Source: Octopus sinensis (lineage: Eukaryota). From it: a stretch of DNA of 64,000 bases. The DNA lies in assembly GCF_006345805.1 (NCBI RefSeq), contig NC_043015.1:46066001-46130000 (forward strand), in the 5' to 3' direction. Shown here piece after piece: positions 53,401 through 64,000 of this stretch. Below the pieces are notes generated by a model, which worked only from the letters and a program-made list of their open reading frames with translations, was not told where the DNA came from and did not search any database. Position 1 is the stretch's first letter, and the number at the start of each line of letters is the position of its first letter. The position numbers were made by a program, and so were the translations under genes.

Positions 53401-54045
53401 ATACACGCGAGTACTGTCCAAATCTCCGACCAATCACATACAGCTAGCTGGCATTCAACTGGTGTATCAAGTTTCGGGCATTTTGATTGGGTTGTGGATA
53501 GAAAATTCACAAAAAAGTCACTTCTACTGATTTTTTTAATGGCTTTGCGGGCTGACTGGGGAAATGTAAAGATGTGCACGACCACCCTTGGACGGTTTTA
53601 AATGACCATAGAAAGTGCGAGCCCTCTAACTGAAAAATTGTGGATTTGTATAAAGGACACACACGCAGACATTTTGCCGTTTTTATATATAGAGATTGTA
53701 TGTTGTGAACATGTTTCTGAAAATATTTTATGACTGAAAAATAGAGAATTGGGTTGTATGTTTACTTTGTTGTTTCGGTTGCATGTTTCTCATCAGATAA
53801 ACAAAAACCAAGGAACAGAGGTGAGGAAAGTATCTAACAATGCAAGGATAAAAGACGGTTAACATAAAGAGGGAGAGGGATAGAGGAGAGAGAGTGAGGG
53901 ATGTGAGGGGGTGAGCGAGGGATGTGAGGGGGTGAGCGAGGGTGAGAATTGGCTAATGAAAAAGAAAAAAAAGATACAACTAAAGATCTAAATATGGACA
54001 GACACAATTAATGAGAAAAATAAAAGAAATCTAAGGACAGATTCT

Positions 54046-54079
<34 letters not shown>

Positions 54080-54757
54080 ACTGAGGAGTAAGTAATAGAA
54101 AGTTAAAGGGAAAAGAAGAGGGGTGCTGAAGTATTTTCACCTTTGCACTGAACTGAATGACAACTAAACAGGAGAATGGGTGGGAAAATGCTGCCAGACT
54201 TAGCGACTGAAAGAGTGAGGGTGTGGAATAAGTTACCAGACTTACTGACTGCACAAGAGAGGAAGGTCTGAGAAAAACAAAAAAAAAATACAGAGGGGAA
54301 AGGGAAGCTACAGTGTGCAGCAGTATTCATTTTTCATTTCGTAAGTAAAATTTCATATTATACTCTTTTTTTACCTGTTTCAGTCATTTGACTGCGACCA
54401 TGCTGGAGCACCACCTTTAAGTTGAGGAAATCGACCCCCAGGACTTATTCTTTGTAAGCCTAGTACTTATTCTATCGGTCTCTTTTGCCAAACCGCTAAT
54501 TTACAGGGATGTAAACACACCAGCATCGGTTGTCAAACGATGTTGGGGGGTACAAACACAGACACACAAACATATACACACACATATATACATATTTATT
54601 TAAAATGACAGTGAGAAATTAGATATTAATTCAATTAACATCGATTTCACACCAGTTCAGTAAAATTGTATTACACATATATATTAGAGGGAAACTACTA
54701 TGTGGACACCCATATGCTAGAAATAAATCCGCTACAGTCTCACCACTATATATATAT

Positions 54758-55781
54758 ATACTAAGCAATAAAGGGTATAGCAACGAATTGCCTTACCACA
54801 TACCGAATTTAGAAATAGCAGTCAAAGAGTTATAGCTATTTCTTCTACTAAAAAGGGAGATCTCAGTAAAAACAGCAATTGGAAGGCAGACACAAACAGG
54901 TAAGAGAGAATGAATTGACGGCAATCTATCATACAATTTTAAGTTATCTACGGACGTACGTTTCGAAATCAAGTTTTTAGGAAAGCATAAGAATTAAATA
55001 TTAAATAACTCTTTGACTGCTATTTCTAAATTCGGTATGTGGTAAGGCAATTCGTTGCTATACCCTTTATTGCTTAGTATTACTTAAATTTTCCTCGAAT
55101 GAGGCTTTTACATGCCGAAGACTACTTGGTGTAATTGATAATTATTCCAAATTAATTAATTTCACCCTTCATTATTACGGATAACCATATTTTATCTCAG
55201 TAGATGACCACAGCATCTTGTTTTGGCTACACGCGGGTGGGAAGGGGCTGGTGACACAATCTTTTCATTCAAACACTGAATTTGGTGATACTAGTTGCGG
55301 ATTCTAGCTCGCTCTGATACTGAGTTGAGTTGGTGCCTTCTAGTATCTCAAAATTCAATATATAATCATTTATGATTATAGTATTCTACGCTGAAGAGAA
55401 AAGAAGTTTTGGTGAGATAGAATTATTTAATATTTAATATTTAATTCTTATGCTTTCCTAAAAACTTGATTTCGAAACGTACGTCCGTAGATAACTTAAA
55501 ATTGTATGATAGATTGCCGTCAATTCATTCTCTCTTACCTGTTTGTGTCTGCCTTCCAATTGCTGTTTTTACTGAGATCTCCCTTTTTAGTAGAAGAAAT
55601 AGCTATAACTCTTTGACTGCTATTTCTAAATTCGGTATGTGGTAAGGCAATTCGTTGCTATACCCTTTATTGCTTAGTATTACTTAAATTTTCCTCGAAT
55701 GAGGCTTTTACATGCCGAAGACTACTTGGTGTAATTGATAATTATTCCAAATTAATTAATTTCACCCTTCATTATTACGGA

Positions 55782-55785
<4 letters not shown>
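54758..55785 (+). mobile_element. Non-coding hammerhead element with partial tandem repeat and inverted 5' copy (Penelope-like / retrozyme-like)
   Basis: 55005-55185 is identical to 55605-55785 (181 bp, 600-bp period). 54758-55007 is the reverse complement of 55431-55680. Flanked by (TA)n on both sides. Confidence 0.75.
55386..55490 (+). ncRNA. Type I hammerhead ribozyme fold, canonical core
   Basis: CTGAAGA at 55391-55397; long stem II (GAAA/TTTC, AAGTTTT/AAAACTT, AGAATT/AATTCT); GAAAC-GTA at 55474-55481 with palindromic ACGT stem III; stem I ACG/CGT. Confidence 0.7.
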
Positions 55786-55816
<31 letters not shown>

Positions 55817-57526
55817 CAATTTTACTGTCCACATAGTGGCTTCCCTCTAATACATATATATATACGACAGGCTTCTTTCAGTTTCCGTCTACCAAATCCA
55901 TTCACAAGGCTTTGGTTGGCCCGAGGCTATAGTAGAAGACACTTGCCCAAGGTGCCATGCAGTGGGACTGAACCCAGAACCGTATGGTTGGTAAGCAAGC
56001 TACTTACCATACAGCCACTCCTGCGCCTATTGCATAGAATAATGTTATTTATACAGAGAACCATCTAATAAACAGATTTAGCTCTTTAGCATTCTGATTA
56101 CTGTCAAATATAATACTTATTTAGTCACATTTTTACAAATTAATCATGTATTATCTTGTATCATAGAGATTTCAAAGATGTGGTTGCTTAATTTTTAGAG
56201 TGACATTGCAGGGTAGGTGTGATATACTAGATCTGGCCAGTTTGACCATAAAACAGGATATTTGGGACAGATATGATTGGTCTAAATGCTAAAGTATTTT
56301 TTAAAATCTTAAATTATCTTGTATTTAAATTGACTCTCTTTACTCTTTTACTTGTTTCAGTCTTTTGACCGTGGCCATGCTGGAGCACCGCCTTTAATCA
56401 AGCAACTCGACCCCGGGACTTATTCTTTTGTAAGCCCAGTACTTATTCTATCGGTCTCTTTTGCCGAACCGCTAAGTAATGGGGACATAAACACACCAGC
56501 ATCGGTTGTCAAGCAATGCTAGGGGACAAACACAGACACACAAACACACACATGCATATATATATATACATATATACGACGGGCTTCTTTCAGTTTCCAT
56601 CTACCAAATCCACTCACAAGGCTTTGGTCGGCCCGAGGCTATAGTAGAAGACACTTGCCCAAGGTGCCACGCAGTGGGACTGAACCCGGAACCATGTGGT
56701 TGGTAGACAAGCTAGTTACCACACAGCCACTCCTGCGCCTATATATTTTCCCCGTATATTTTCCACTGAAAAACAAAATAAACCCCCACTGAAATGTACT
56801 CTAGAATGCTCTAGACAGCTGGCTATCAGAAAACAGTAAAAGAACAAAAAATAAAAAGTGCCCAAACCCTTTTCATACCAACTCTGCTTGAAAATGGTCC
56901 TTAATTTAGAGCTCAATACCTGTTTTCAAGGGTTCATATTAAAAACATTGCAGTGTATTTTTATATAAGAACATTTTGTTAATTTATATTTCAAATACCA
57001 ACATTAAAATGGAGAAGTTAGTTATTTGAATAAAACCCCTCCAAATATTTGATTAGGAGTGGCTGTGTGGTAAGTAGCTTGCTAACCAACCACATGGTTC
57101 CGGGTTCAGTCCCACTGCGTGGCATCTTGGGCAAGTGTCTTCTGCTATAGCCCCGGGCCGACCAATGCCTTGTGAGTGGATTTGGTAGACGGAAACTGAA
57201 AGAAGCCTGTCGTATATATATGTATATGTATGTATGTGTGTGTGTGTGTGTTTGTGTGTCTGTGTTTGTCCCCCTAGCATTGCTTGACAACTGATGCTGG
57301 TGTGTTTATGTCGCCGTCACTTAGCAGTTCAGCATAAGAAACCGATAGAATAAGTACTGGGCTTACAAAAGAATAAGTTCCGGGGTCGATTTGCTCGACT
57401 AAAGGCGGTGCTCCAGCATGGCCACAGTCAAATGACTGAAACAAGTAAAAAAAAAGTAATTTGAAAATTCATTAATATGCAGGCAGAAAGCACTTTCTTT
57501 AATCAGGAGAAAGTCAATGGACAAAC

Positions 57527-57694
57527 CGTATAAAAGAGTCCAGTCTGAGGATCAAGTTCCCCTTGTAACAGTTCTTGGTTCATGGAGGTGGAGAGCTGCT
57601 CGACTAGATCTGTTGGCACTGGTGTCGAGGGAGGAGTTTCAGAAGAGATGGGTACTTCAACAGTATTGGAGACATCAGGAGTGGAAACTGTAAC
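57527..57694 (-). CDS. Exon of large Ser/Thr-rich protein (VTVSTPDVSN...GELDPQTGLFYT)
   Basis: Acceptor tttgtag; 168 nt open, phase 0-0; donor gtttgt is weak but phase-consistent. Missed by the ORF track. Confidence 0.75.
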
Positions 57695-57900
57695 CTACAA
57701 ATCACAGCATCAAAAAAAAAAAAAAAAAAAATTGTAAAACTTCATATAAAATTAAATATAAAAAAACACACAAAGAACTTAAAAAAAACATAAAAGTGAT
57801 CAGTTTATTTGTGTTGGAGAAGAATGACATATGTTTGCCAGCATGTAAAGAAAACAAGATTTCAACTTTCAGCCAAGGTTGGTTCATTCACTTTATTTAA

Positions 57901-58122
57901 GCCCTTTGGCATTTAAACTGGTCATATCCGGCCAAAAGTATTCTGCCTGGTTTATGTTCAAAATGGCCAGATCAGGTCTCTCACACCAACCCTACAATAT
58001 CGTTTTAAAAATTAACAGCTACCTCATCAAAATCTCATAGTTACAAGATAATGCCTGATTAGTTCAAAACAATGTGGATGAAAAAGCATTAATTTTGGTA
58101 GAATAATGCGAACACTAAAGGG
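57901..58122. mobile_element. Second piggyBac-type MITE family; a second copy follows in tandem
   Basis: TTAA-(G)CCCTTTGGCATT ... CTAAAGGG-TTAA. Fragments at 19180, 23370, 36420, 40680, 51600-51830, 52170 and 56130. Confidence 0.7.
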
Positions 58123-58888
58123 TTAAGCCCCTTTAACATTTGAACCAGCCATATCAGATCCAAATATTCTGCTAGTTTCATGTTAAAACCAGCCAGACAC
58201 AGCCTATAACACCTACCCTACAATGTTGTTCTCAAAATAAGCAATCACATCACTGAAATCTCGAATCTCGCGTAAAAGGCCACCTGTAACAGCGACATGC
58301 AAAAAATTCGAACTGTCCGTAATTTAGACTGATTTTTTAAAAAATTAGAGAAAGTAAAACTTAAAATTTATTGAGGGGAAAGAATTAAAAAGAAAGCCCC
58401 CCACCACAAATTCGTAAAAATATTCGGAAAATTCCAAAACATAAATAAGTTATGAAGGGTTATTTGGGGTACTTAAACCAGAACTCCGCCATTTAAAAAA
58501 AAATACTAATTTTACATTACTATAAAGATGCAAGTTGCAAGGGAGATAATATTCCTGAGTAATGTCCCTTACTAACTGCATTTTTTGACTTTTTTATCCC
58601 CCATATACCACTTTTTTTTAAAAATCAGAAATAGTGATTAATTAGGTTGTACCACATTTTTAAAAACTACAAACATAAAGCTTTAGAAAATCCATAGTTA
58701 AAGTTTGACATTTTTTTAAAAACGAGTGATCCATAATTCGTAAACAATAGCGTTTTTCTGTATTTTTTTCCTAAAATTTTTATTTCGAAACGTGGTTTTA
58801 ACTTTCATAGCTGCAAACTTACTGAAACGAGTAAAAGAACGAACGTAGGCACACACACACACACATACATGTATACATATGGGCTTCT

Positions 58889-59308
58889 GGATCTTTTCGG
58901 TTTGAACGGCAGTTTTTTCTAGCGGTGTCATATGAAATTGTCACCCATAATTATGACCCTAGTATCGATCTATTGCATTTTAATCTGTTTTAGGGTTAGG
59001 GTTAGGGGTGGGGGGAAGGGTATCTTTTATTCTTCACAAATGTTAATAAACCCAATCTGTTTCTTAAACGAGGGACATATTCATACGGCACAGAATGTTT
59101 TCACCTCAATAGATGTCATTGATTGGTTGAAATTGCAGAAATTGAAGGAAAAAAAGAACAACAAATATATTACAAAGTATAGAATTTTCTCAAGAAAGTC
59201 AAGAGAAAAAGATGTTTTATAAACACATTCTACCAGTATACAAAGTTTAAAATTTTTTAGTTACGTGGAAATTATTTTAAAAAACTGCCGTTCAAACCGA
59301 AAAGATCC
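58889..59308. mobile_element. hAT-type MITE
   Basis: 29-bp TIR GGATCTTTTCGGTTTGAACGGCAGTTTTT; 8-bp TSD GGGCTTCT at 58881-58888 and 59309-59316; inserted in a family A SINE. Confidence 0.85.
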
Positions 59309-59686
59309 GGGCTTCTTTCAATTTGTCTACCAAATCCGCTCACAAGGGTTTGGTTGGCCTGAAGCGACAGTAGGAAATACTTGCCCATGGTAGAAGATAC
59401 AATGTCATGCAACGGAACCGAACCCAACAGCAAGCACACGGTTGGAAAGCGAGCTTCTTAAACACAACACAACCACACCTGCGTCTTAAACGTATAGGCA
59501 AAGTTGCCGAGTGCTGCGCCTCACACACAAAAAACATACACATACGAAGAGAGAGACATTACATGTACATACAAACAGAACAAGATGCTCGCAGATGTAA
59601 ACGGAGACAGAGGGGAGGACAAGACCATTATGTATACATACAAACATAACTAGATGCTCACACATGAACAGAGAGAGAGAGGTTAA

Positions 59687-60609
59687 CCCTTCAGCATTCA
59701 CATTTCTTTCATCATCATCATCGTTTAGCGTCCGCTTTCCATGCTAGCATGGGTTGGACGGTTCAACTGGGGTCTGGGAGGCCAGAAGGCTGCACCAGGC
59801 TCCAGTCTGATCTGGCAGTGTTTCTACGGCTGGATGCCCTTCCTAACGCCAACCACTCCATGAGTGTAGTGGGTGCTTTTTACGTGCCAGACGGGGCTGG
59901 CAAACGGCCACGGTCGGATGGTGCTTTTTACGTGCCATCGGCACGGATGCCAGGCGAGGCTGGCAACGGCCACGATCGGATGGTGCTTTCTACGTGCCAC
60001 CAGCACGGGGGCCAGGCGAGGCTGGCAACGGCCACGATTGGATGGTGCTTTTTACGTGCCACCGGCACGGGGGCCAGGCCAGGCTGGCAACGGCCATGAT
60101 CGGACAGTGCTTTTTAAGTGCCACCGGCACGGATACCCGTCGGGGCGGCTTGTCAAATGTAATCCTTATTTATTCACATTGTTTTGAATTATGTATTATC
60201 TTGTAGCTTCACGATTTCAATGGTGTGTTTTGTATATTTATAGAATGACATTGTAGGGTAGGTGTGAGAGGCTGGATCTAGTCAGTTTTTAAACATAAAA
60301 CAGGTTGAATATTTGGGCCAGATATATAAAGTTAATTCAAACATGAAAGCAGAAAAAAACACAACACGAAGACGTGGAACAAATATAGTATTATTGGACG
60401 CTCAGGAAAGAAGGAAACTGAAAAGAAGCCCGTCATATATATGTATATGTATATATGCGTGTGTGTGTTTGTGTTTGTCCCCCTAGCATTGCGGAGCTCT
60501 TCGTCAGAAACATAGGAGAAGGAAAGATCCAGAGAAGGGAAGACAGAGGGAAAAAAAATCGCCAACGGTACACACACCAGATATATAGCTGGATTAAATA
60601 GCTAAAGGG
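59687..60609. mobile_element. piggyBac-type MITE carrying two nested insertions
   Basis: TTAA-CCCTTCAGCATT ... GCTAAAGGG-TTAA; contains an RTE 3' UTR piece (59710-60150) and a 60329-60576 insert flanked by CCAGATATATA repeats. Confidence 0.7.
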
Positions 60610-60726
60610 TTAAAACGTCTGATGTCAAATAATCGTCGCATCAGCAACACAAAATCGGTGGCACCAAAACAGCTGCGCCGAAACGTCTCGTAACCCAGCA
60701 CATGCATTACTTTCGACCTCACCTAC

Positions 60727-60866
60727 CTGCATCGGTTCTTCAATCTGTTTGGATATACTGAGTGGAAATGTGGAAGAATTGAGAAAACTGAGTGGGTCGA
60801 CCGAACCACTGATAGAAGAAGCTGGAGTGTCTTTTTCTTCTTGAGTTAAAATGCTGAGAGCCTGAT
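60727..60866 (-). CDS. Exon of large Ser/Thr-rich protein (DQALSILTQEEKDTP...IEEPMQ)
   Basis: Poly-T tract plus cag acceptor; donor gtaggt; 140 nt, phase 1-0. Confidence 0.75.
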
Positions 60867-61116
60867 CTGCACGGGGGTGACAAAAAAGAAAAAAAAAAAA
60901 AGAGAGAAAATTATAGAAATACATACATGTACACAGTGAATGAATCATGAGTTTGACATGAACAAATAAACACTCACACAATTTACTCCATATTTCTAAT
61001 CCAAAATTGACCCCTACTTACCAGAAGCTGGGAACCAAGCTTTATTTATGTTGTAATGATCCCACGCTTTCATTATGAACTCATCTCTTTAATTAAATTT
61101 AATTTCTAAATTACAT

Positions 61117-61912
61117 GTACAAGTGGGGTGCTGAAAAGTTCTTTTAATGGTATTGTAAAAGACGGCGAGCTGGCAGAAACGCTAGCACGCCAGGCGAAAT
61201 GCTTAGCGGTATTTTGTCTGCCTTTGAGGTCGACTTTGCCTTTCTTCCTTTCGGGGTCGATTAAATAAGTACCAGTTATGCACTGGGGTCGATATAATCG
61301 ACTTAATCCATTTGTCTGTCCTTGTTTGTCCTCTCTGTGTTTAGCCCCTTGTGGATAGTAAAGAAATAGGTATTTCATCTGCTGCTGCGTTCCGAGTTCA
61401 AATTCCGCCGAGGTTGACTTTGCCTTTCATCCTTTGGGGGTCGATTAAATAAGTACCAGTTACGCACTGGGGTCGATGTAATCAACTTAATCCGTGTGTC
61501 TGTCCTTGTTTGTCCCTTCTGTGTTTAGCCCCTTGTGGGTAGTAAAGAAATAGGTATTTCGTCTGCCGCTGCTTTCTGAGTTCAAATTCTGCCGAGGTCG
61601 ACTTTGCCTTTCATCCTTTCAGGGTCGATTAAATAAGTACCAGTTACGCAACTGTGGTAGATATAATTGACTTAATCCATTTGTCTGTCCTTGTTCGTCT
61701 CCTGTGTTTAGCCCCTTGTGGGTAGTAAAGAAATAGGTATTGCAAAAGGCCTCATTGGAGGCCCAACTTTCCAAGTTCTTTCACAAGGCTTAGAAAAACT
61801 GAAGGACTACTGCAATAAGTCTGTGAATCTGAGAGGGGAATATGTTAGATAAAATCTAATTAATTGATCCTCCTGTATATTCTTTTACTCAAAGTCAGGG
61901 ATTTTTCAGCAC
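61117..61912 (+). mobile_element. Internally deleted mariner element interrupted by the SINE B trimer
   Basis: Ends GGTGCTGAAAAGTTC and GGATTTTTCAGCACC; remnant LSQGLEKLKDYCNKSVNLRGEYVR* (~61779-61853) resembles a mariner transposase C-terminus. Confidence 0.65.
61162..61735 (+). mobile_element. SINE family B trimer
   Basis: One head plus three ~185-bp bodies with B box GAGTTCAAATTC; 13-bp TSD GGTATTG(T/C)AAAAG at 61149-61161 and 61736-61748. Confidence 0.85.
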
Positions 61913-62379
61913 CTGCTCATACTGCCCTTTATTTGTTTTTCTTTTAATAACTCTACCATTACCATTCATTCTACAAAGTGGATAGAAACAATTCATTTAT
62001 CACTTTTTTCTCTTTTTTTATCCAAAAACTGTGATAAATGAGGATAGATGCATTGTGGTGAACTTAACTTCATGGCCACTGCCGATAACTCCAGCATAAA
62101 CAATGATTTTGCAATAAATATATATATATATTTCGTTTTGGATTTGGTTTGCAAGATTCTTTTTATGAGTTCGTGTGTTGAAGCATATTCTGTTGTGTCT
62201 GGGGAGAGTCTAAAATTTTCGTTGCGACGACAATTTTCGAAAAAATAAAAATAAGAAATAAGTGGAAATTTTACCGGTGAGTGCGTTAAATAAGGCACTA
62301 AAAGAGAATGACTCTCCCCAGACACAACAGAATATATATATATATATATAAAAGAAAAAAAAAAAGAAAAGTAACTTAC

Positions 62380-62438
62380 CAAGGGTGTAAAAGTTCTGCT
62401 GATTTATTTGCTCAGAAAGATTCCCTAGATCTGATGAA
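62380..62438 (-). CDS. Exon of large Ser/Thr-rich protein (SSDLGNLSEQINQQNFYTL)
   Basis: Donor gtaagt. Acceptor aaacag follows ~150 nt free of AG, containing CTGAC branch-like motifs and a pyrimidine tract. Ends phase 1, matching the next exon (G+AT=Asp). Confidence 0.65.
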
Positions 62439-63012
62439 CTGTTTGTAGTTTGTAACAGGAGAGAATGGAAGTCAGTCAGCAAAGGAACGAGGTTTGCATT
62501 GGTAGTTTGTTTGTTCCACGCAAGATTCCAGAGGAAGCAAGATATATGGAAAAAAAAAAAAAAAAGAAACAAAAAATTATGAAGTACCATAGACGGATTT
62601 TAATTTAGATGAAATCAGATAATTATAAGTATTAATTAAGTTTTGGATAGAAATAGGCCAACAGAGTGAAATAAATAAAACAGGTTATAGTACATAATTT
62701 GCTTAGATGGATTATGATAGGTGTTCTGTAGTGCAATCAGATATGTGACCACATGATATGGTTGTATAGTATAATTCACTAAACATATACAAGAGATATA
62801 CATCAACAAACATCCTCATCAAAGGTTTATTCGGTTATTTTAATTCATTAACTGGTCCCTTGGTCAAATAGACTGACAATTACTCAGAATAAATTCACGT
62901 CCTCCTAGCATTGCTTGACAACCGATACTGGTGTGTTTATGTCCCCGTTACTTAGCGATTCGGCAAAAGAGACCTATAGAATAAGTACTGGGCTTACAAA
63001 AGAATGAGTCCC

Positions 63013-63385
63013 GGATCTTTTCGGTTTGAACGGCAGTTTTTTTCTAGCGGTGTCATATGAAATTGTCACCCATAATTATGACCCTAGTATTGATCTATTG
63101 CATTTCAATCTGTTTTAGGGTTAGGGTTAGGGGGAAGGGTATCTTTTTTTCTTCACAAATATTAATAAACCCAATCTGTTTTTTACGTCAATGGACGTCA
63201 TTGATTGGTTGAATTGCAGAAATTGAAGAAAAAAAACAATAAATATCTTAGAAACTATAGAATTTTCTCAATAAAGCCAAGAGAAAAAGATGTTTTATAA
63301 ACACATTCTACCAGTATACAAAGTTTAAAATTTTTTAGTTACCTAGAAATTATGTTAAAAACTGCCACTCAAACCGAAAAGATCT
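63013..63385. mobile_element. Second copy of the hAT-type MITE
   Basis: Same TIRs and body; no matching TSD. Confidence 0.8.
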
Positions 63386-63608
63386 GGTAAAAACCTACTT
63401 TACCTACCACTGACTTCCAGGTATGGCACATAGAAATCAGCGAACATGGAAATAAAGGGAAAATACATTTTGTTTAAAGGAATTTCACATTATGGCAAGA
63501 TTTATCTAAATGCAATGCTTCTGTAATACAAATCTGTGCTTCTGGAAGCAAACAAAACTTAATTTTGTTGCTGTGTTTTTGTTAAAGAATATCAAGATTT
63601 GTGTATAT

Positions 63609-64000
63609 AGGCGCAGGAGTGGCTGTGTGGTAAGTAGCTTGTTTACCAACCACATGGTTCTGGGTTCAGTCCCACTGTGTGGCACCTTGGGCAAGTGTCT
63701 TCTACTATAGCCTAGGGCCAACCAAAGCCTTGTGAGTGGATTTGGTAGACGGAAACTGAAAGAAGCCCGTCGTATATATGTATATATATATATGCGTGTG
63801 TGTGTTTGTGTGTCTGTGTTTGTCCCCCTAGCATTGCTTGACAACCGATGCTGGCGTGTTTACGTCCCCGTTACTTAGCGGTTCGGCAAAAGAGACCGAT
63901 AGAATAAGTACTGGGCTTACAAAAGAATAAGTCCTGGGGTCAATTTCCTCGACTAAAGGCGGTGCTCCAGCATGGCCGCAGTCAATTGACTGAAACAATT
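63609..64000 (+). mobile_element. SINE family A copy (runs to the window edge)
   Basis: Same head, body and tail as 10973-11370. Confidence 0.9.

Larger units (their letters stand above)
54682..55852. mobile_element. MITE-like element with ~26-bp inverted termini, hosting the hammerhead element
   Basis: TATTAGAGGGAAACTACTATGTGGAC (54682-54707) versus GTCCACATAGTGGCTTCCCTCTAATA (55827-55852); TA at the ends suggests Tc1/mariner. The whole block splits a SINE (tail 54362-54590, head 55862-56028). Confidence 0.55.

Noticed and set aside
53755-53800. Hammerhead-like CTGATGA...CGAAAC...GTA on the minus strand (also a decayed motif at ~25745-25790)
   Set aside because: Stems I and II do not pair beyond 1-2 bp; at most these are degenerate relics.
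1258-63844. Many 60-130 aa ORFs (MSSNARG..., MLAWVGRFD..., YIYI/HTHT types)
   Set aside because: They recur wherever SINE, RTE UTR or microsatellite copies occur, and are not genes.

Overview
Repeat-rich, AT-rich animal genomic DNA; the SINE/LINE content points to an octopus genome (inference). The minus strand carries large-intron coding sequence. Exons at 62.4, 60.8, 57.6, 50.0, 47.2 and 27.3 kb splice in phase into a very large Ser/Thr-rich low-complexity protein. Two exons at 9.5 and 0.7 kb encode most of a bromodomain. The exon linking the two parts was not found, so this may be one gene or two. The introns hold a ~4.4-kb 35/36-bp palindromic minisatellite, a frameshifted 5'-truncated RTE-clade LINE, dozens of tRNA-derived SINEs and LINE 3'-UTR fragments, piggyBac-, hAT- and mariner-type MITEs, and a restriction-like endonuclease retroelement relic. 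The most notable signal is a set of type I hammerhead-ribozyme folds in short elements mostly inserted at (TA)n tracts: three with a canonical core and a multi-copy family mostly with a variant core. One lies in a 600-bp unit with 181-bp terminal redundancy plus an inverted copy, the architecture of Penelope-like elements or retrozymes. All folds and alignments were done by eye; no activity or database match was tested.
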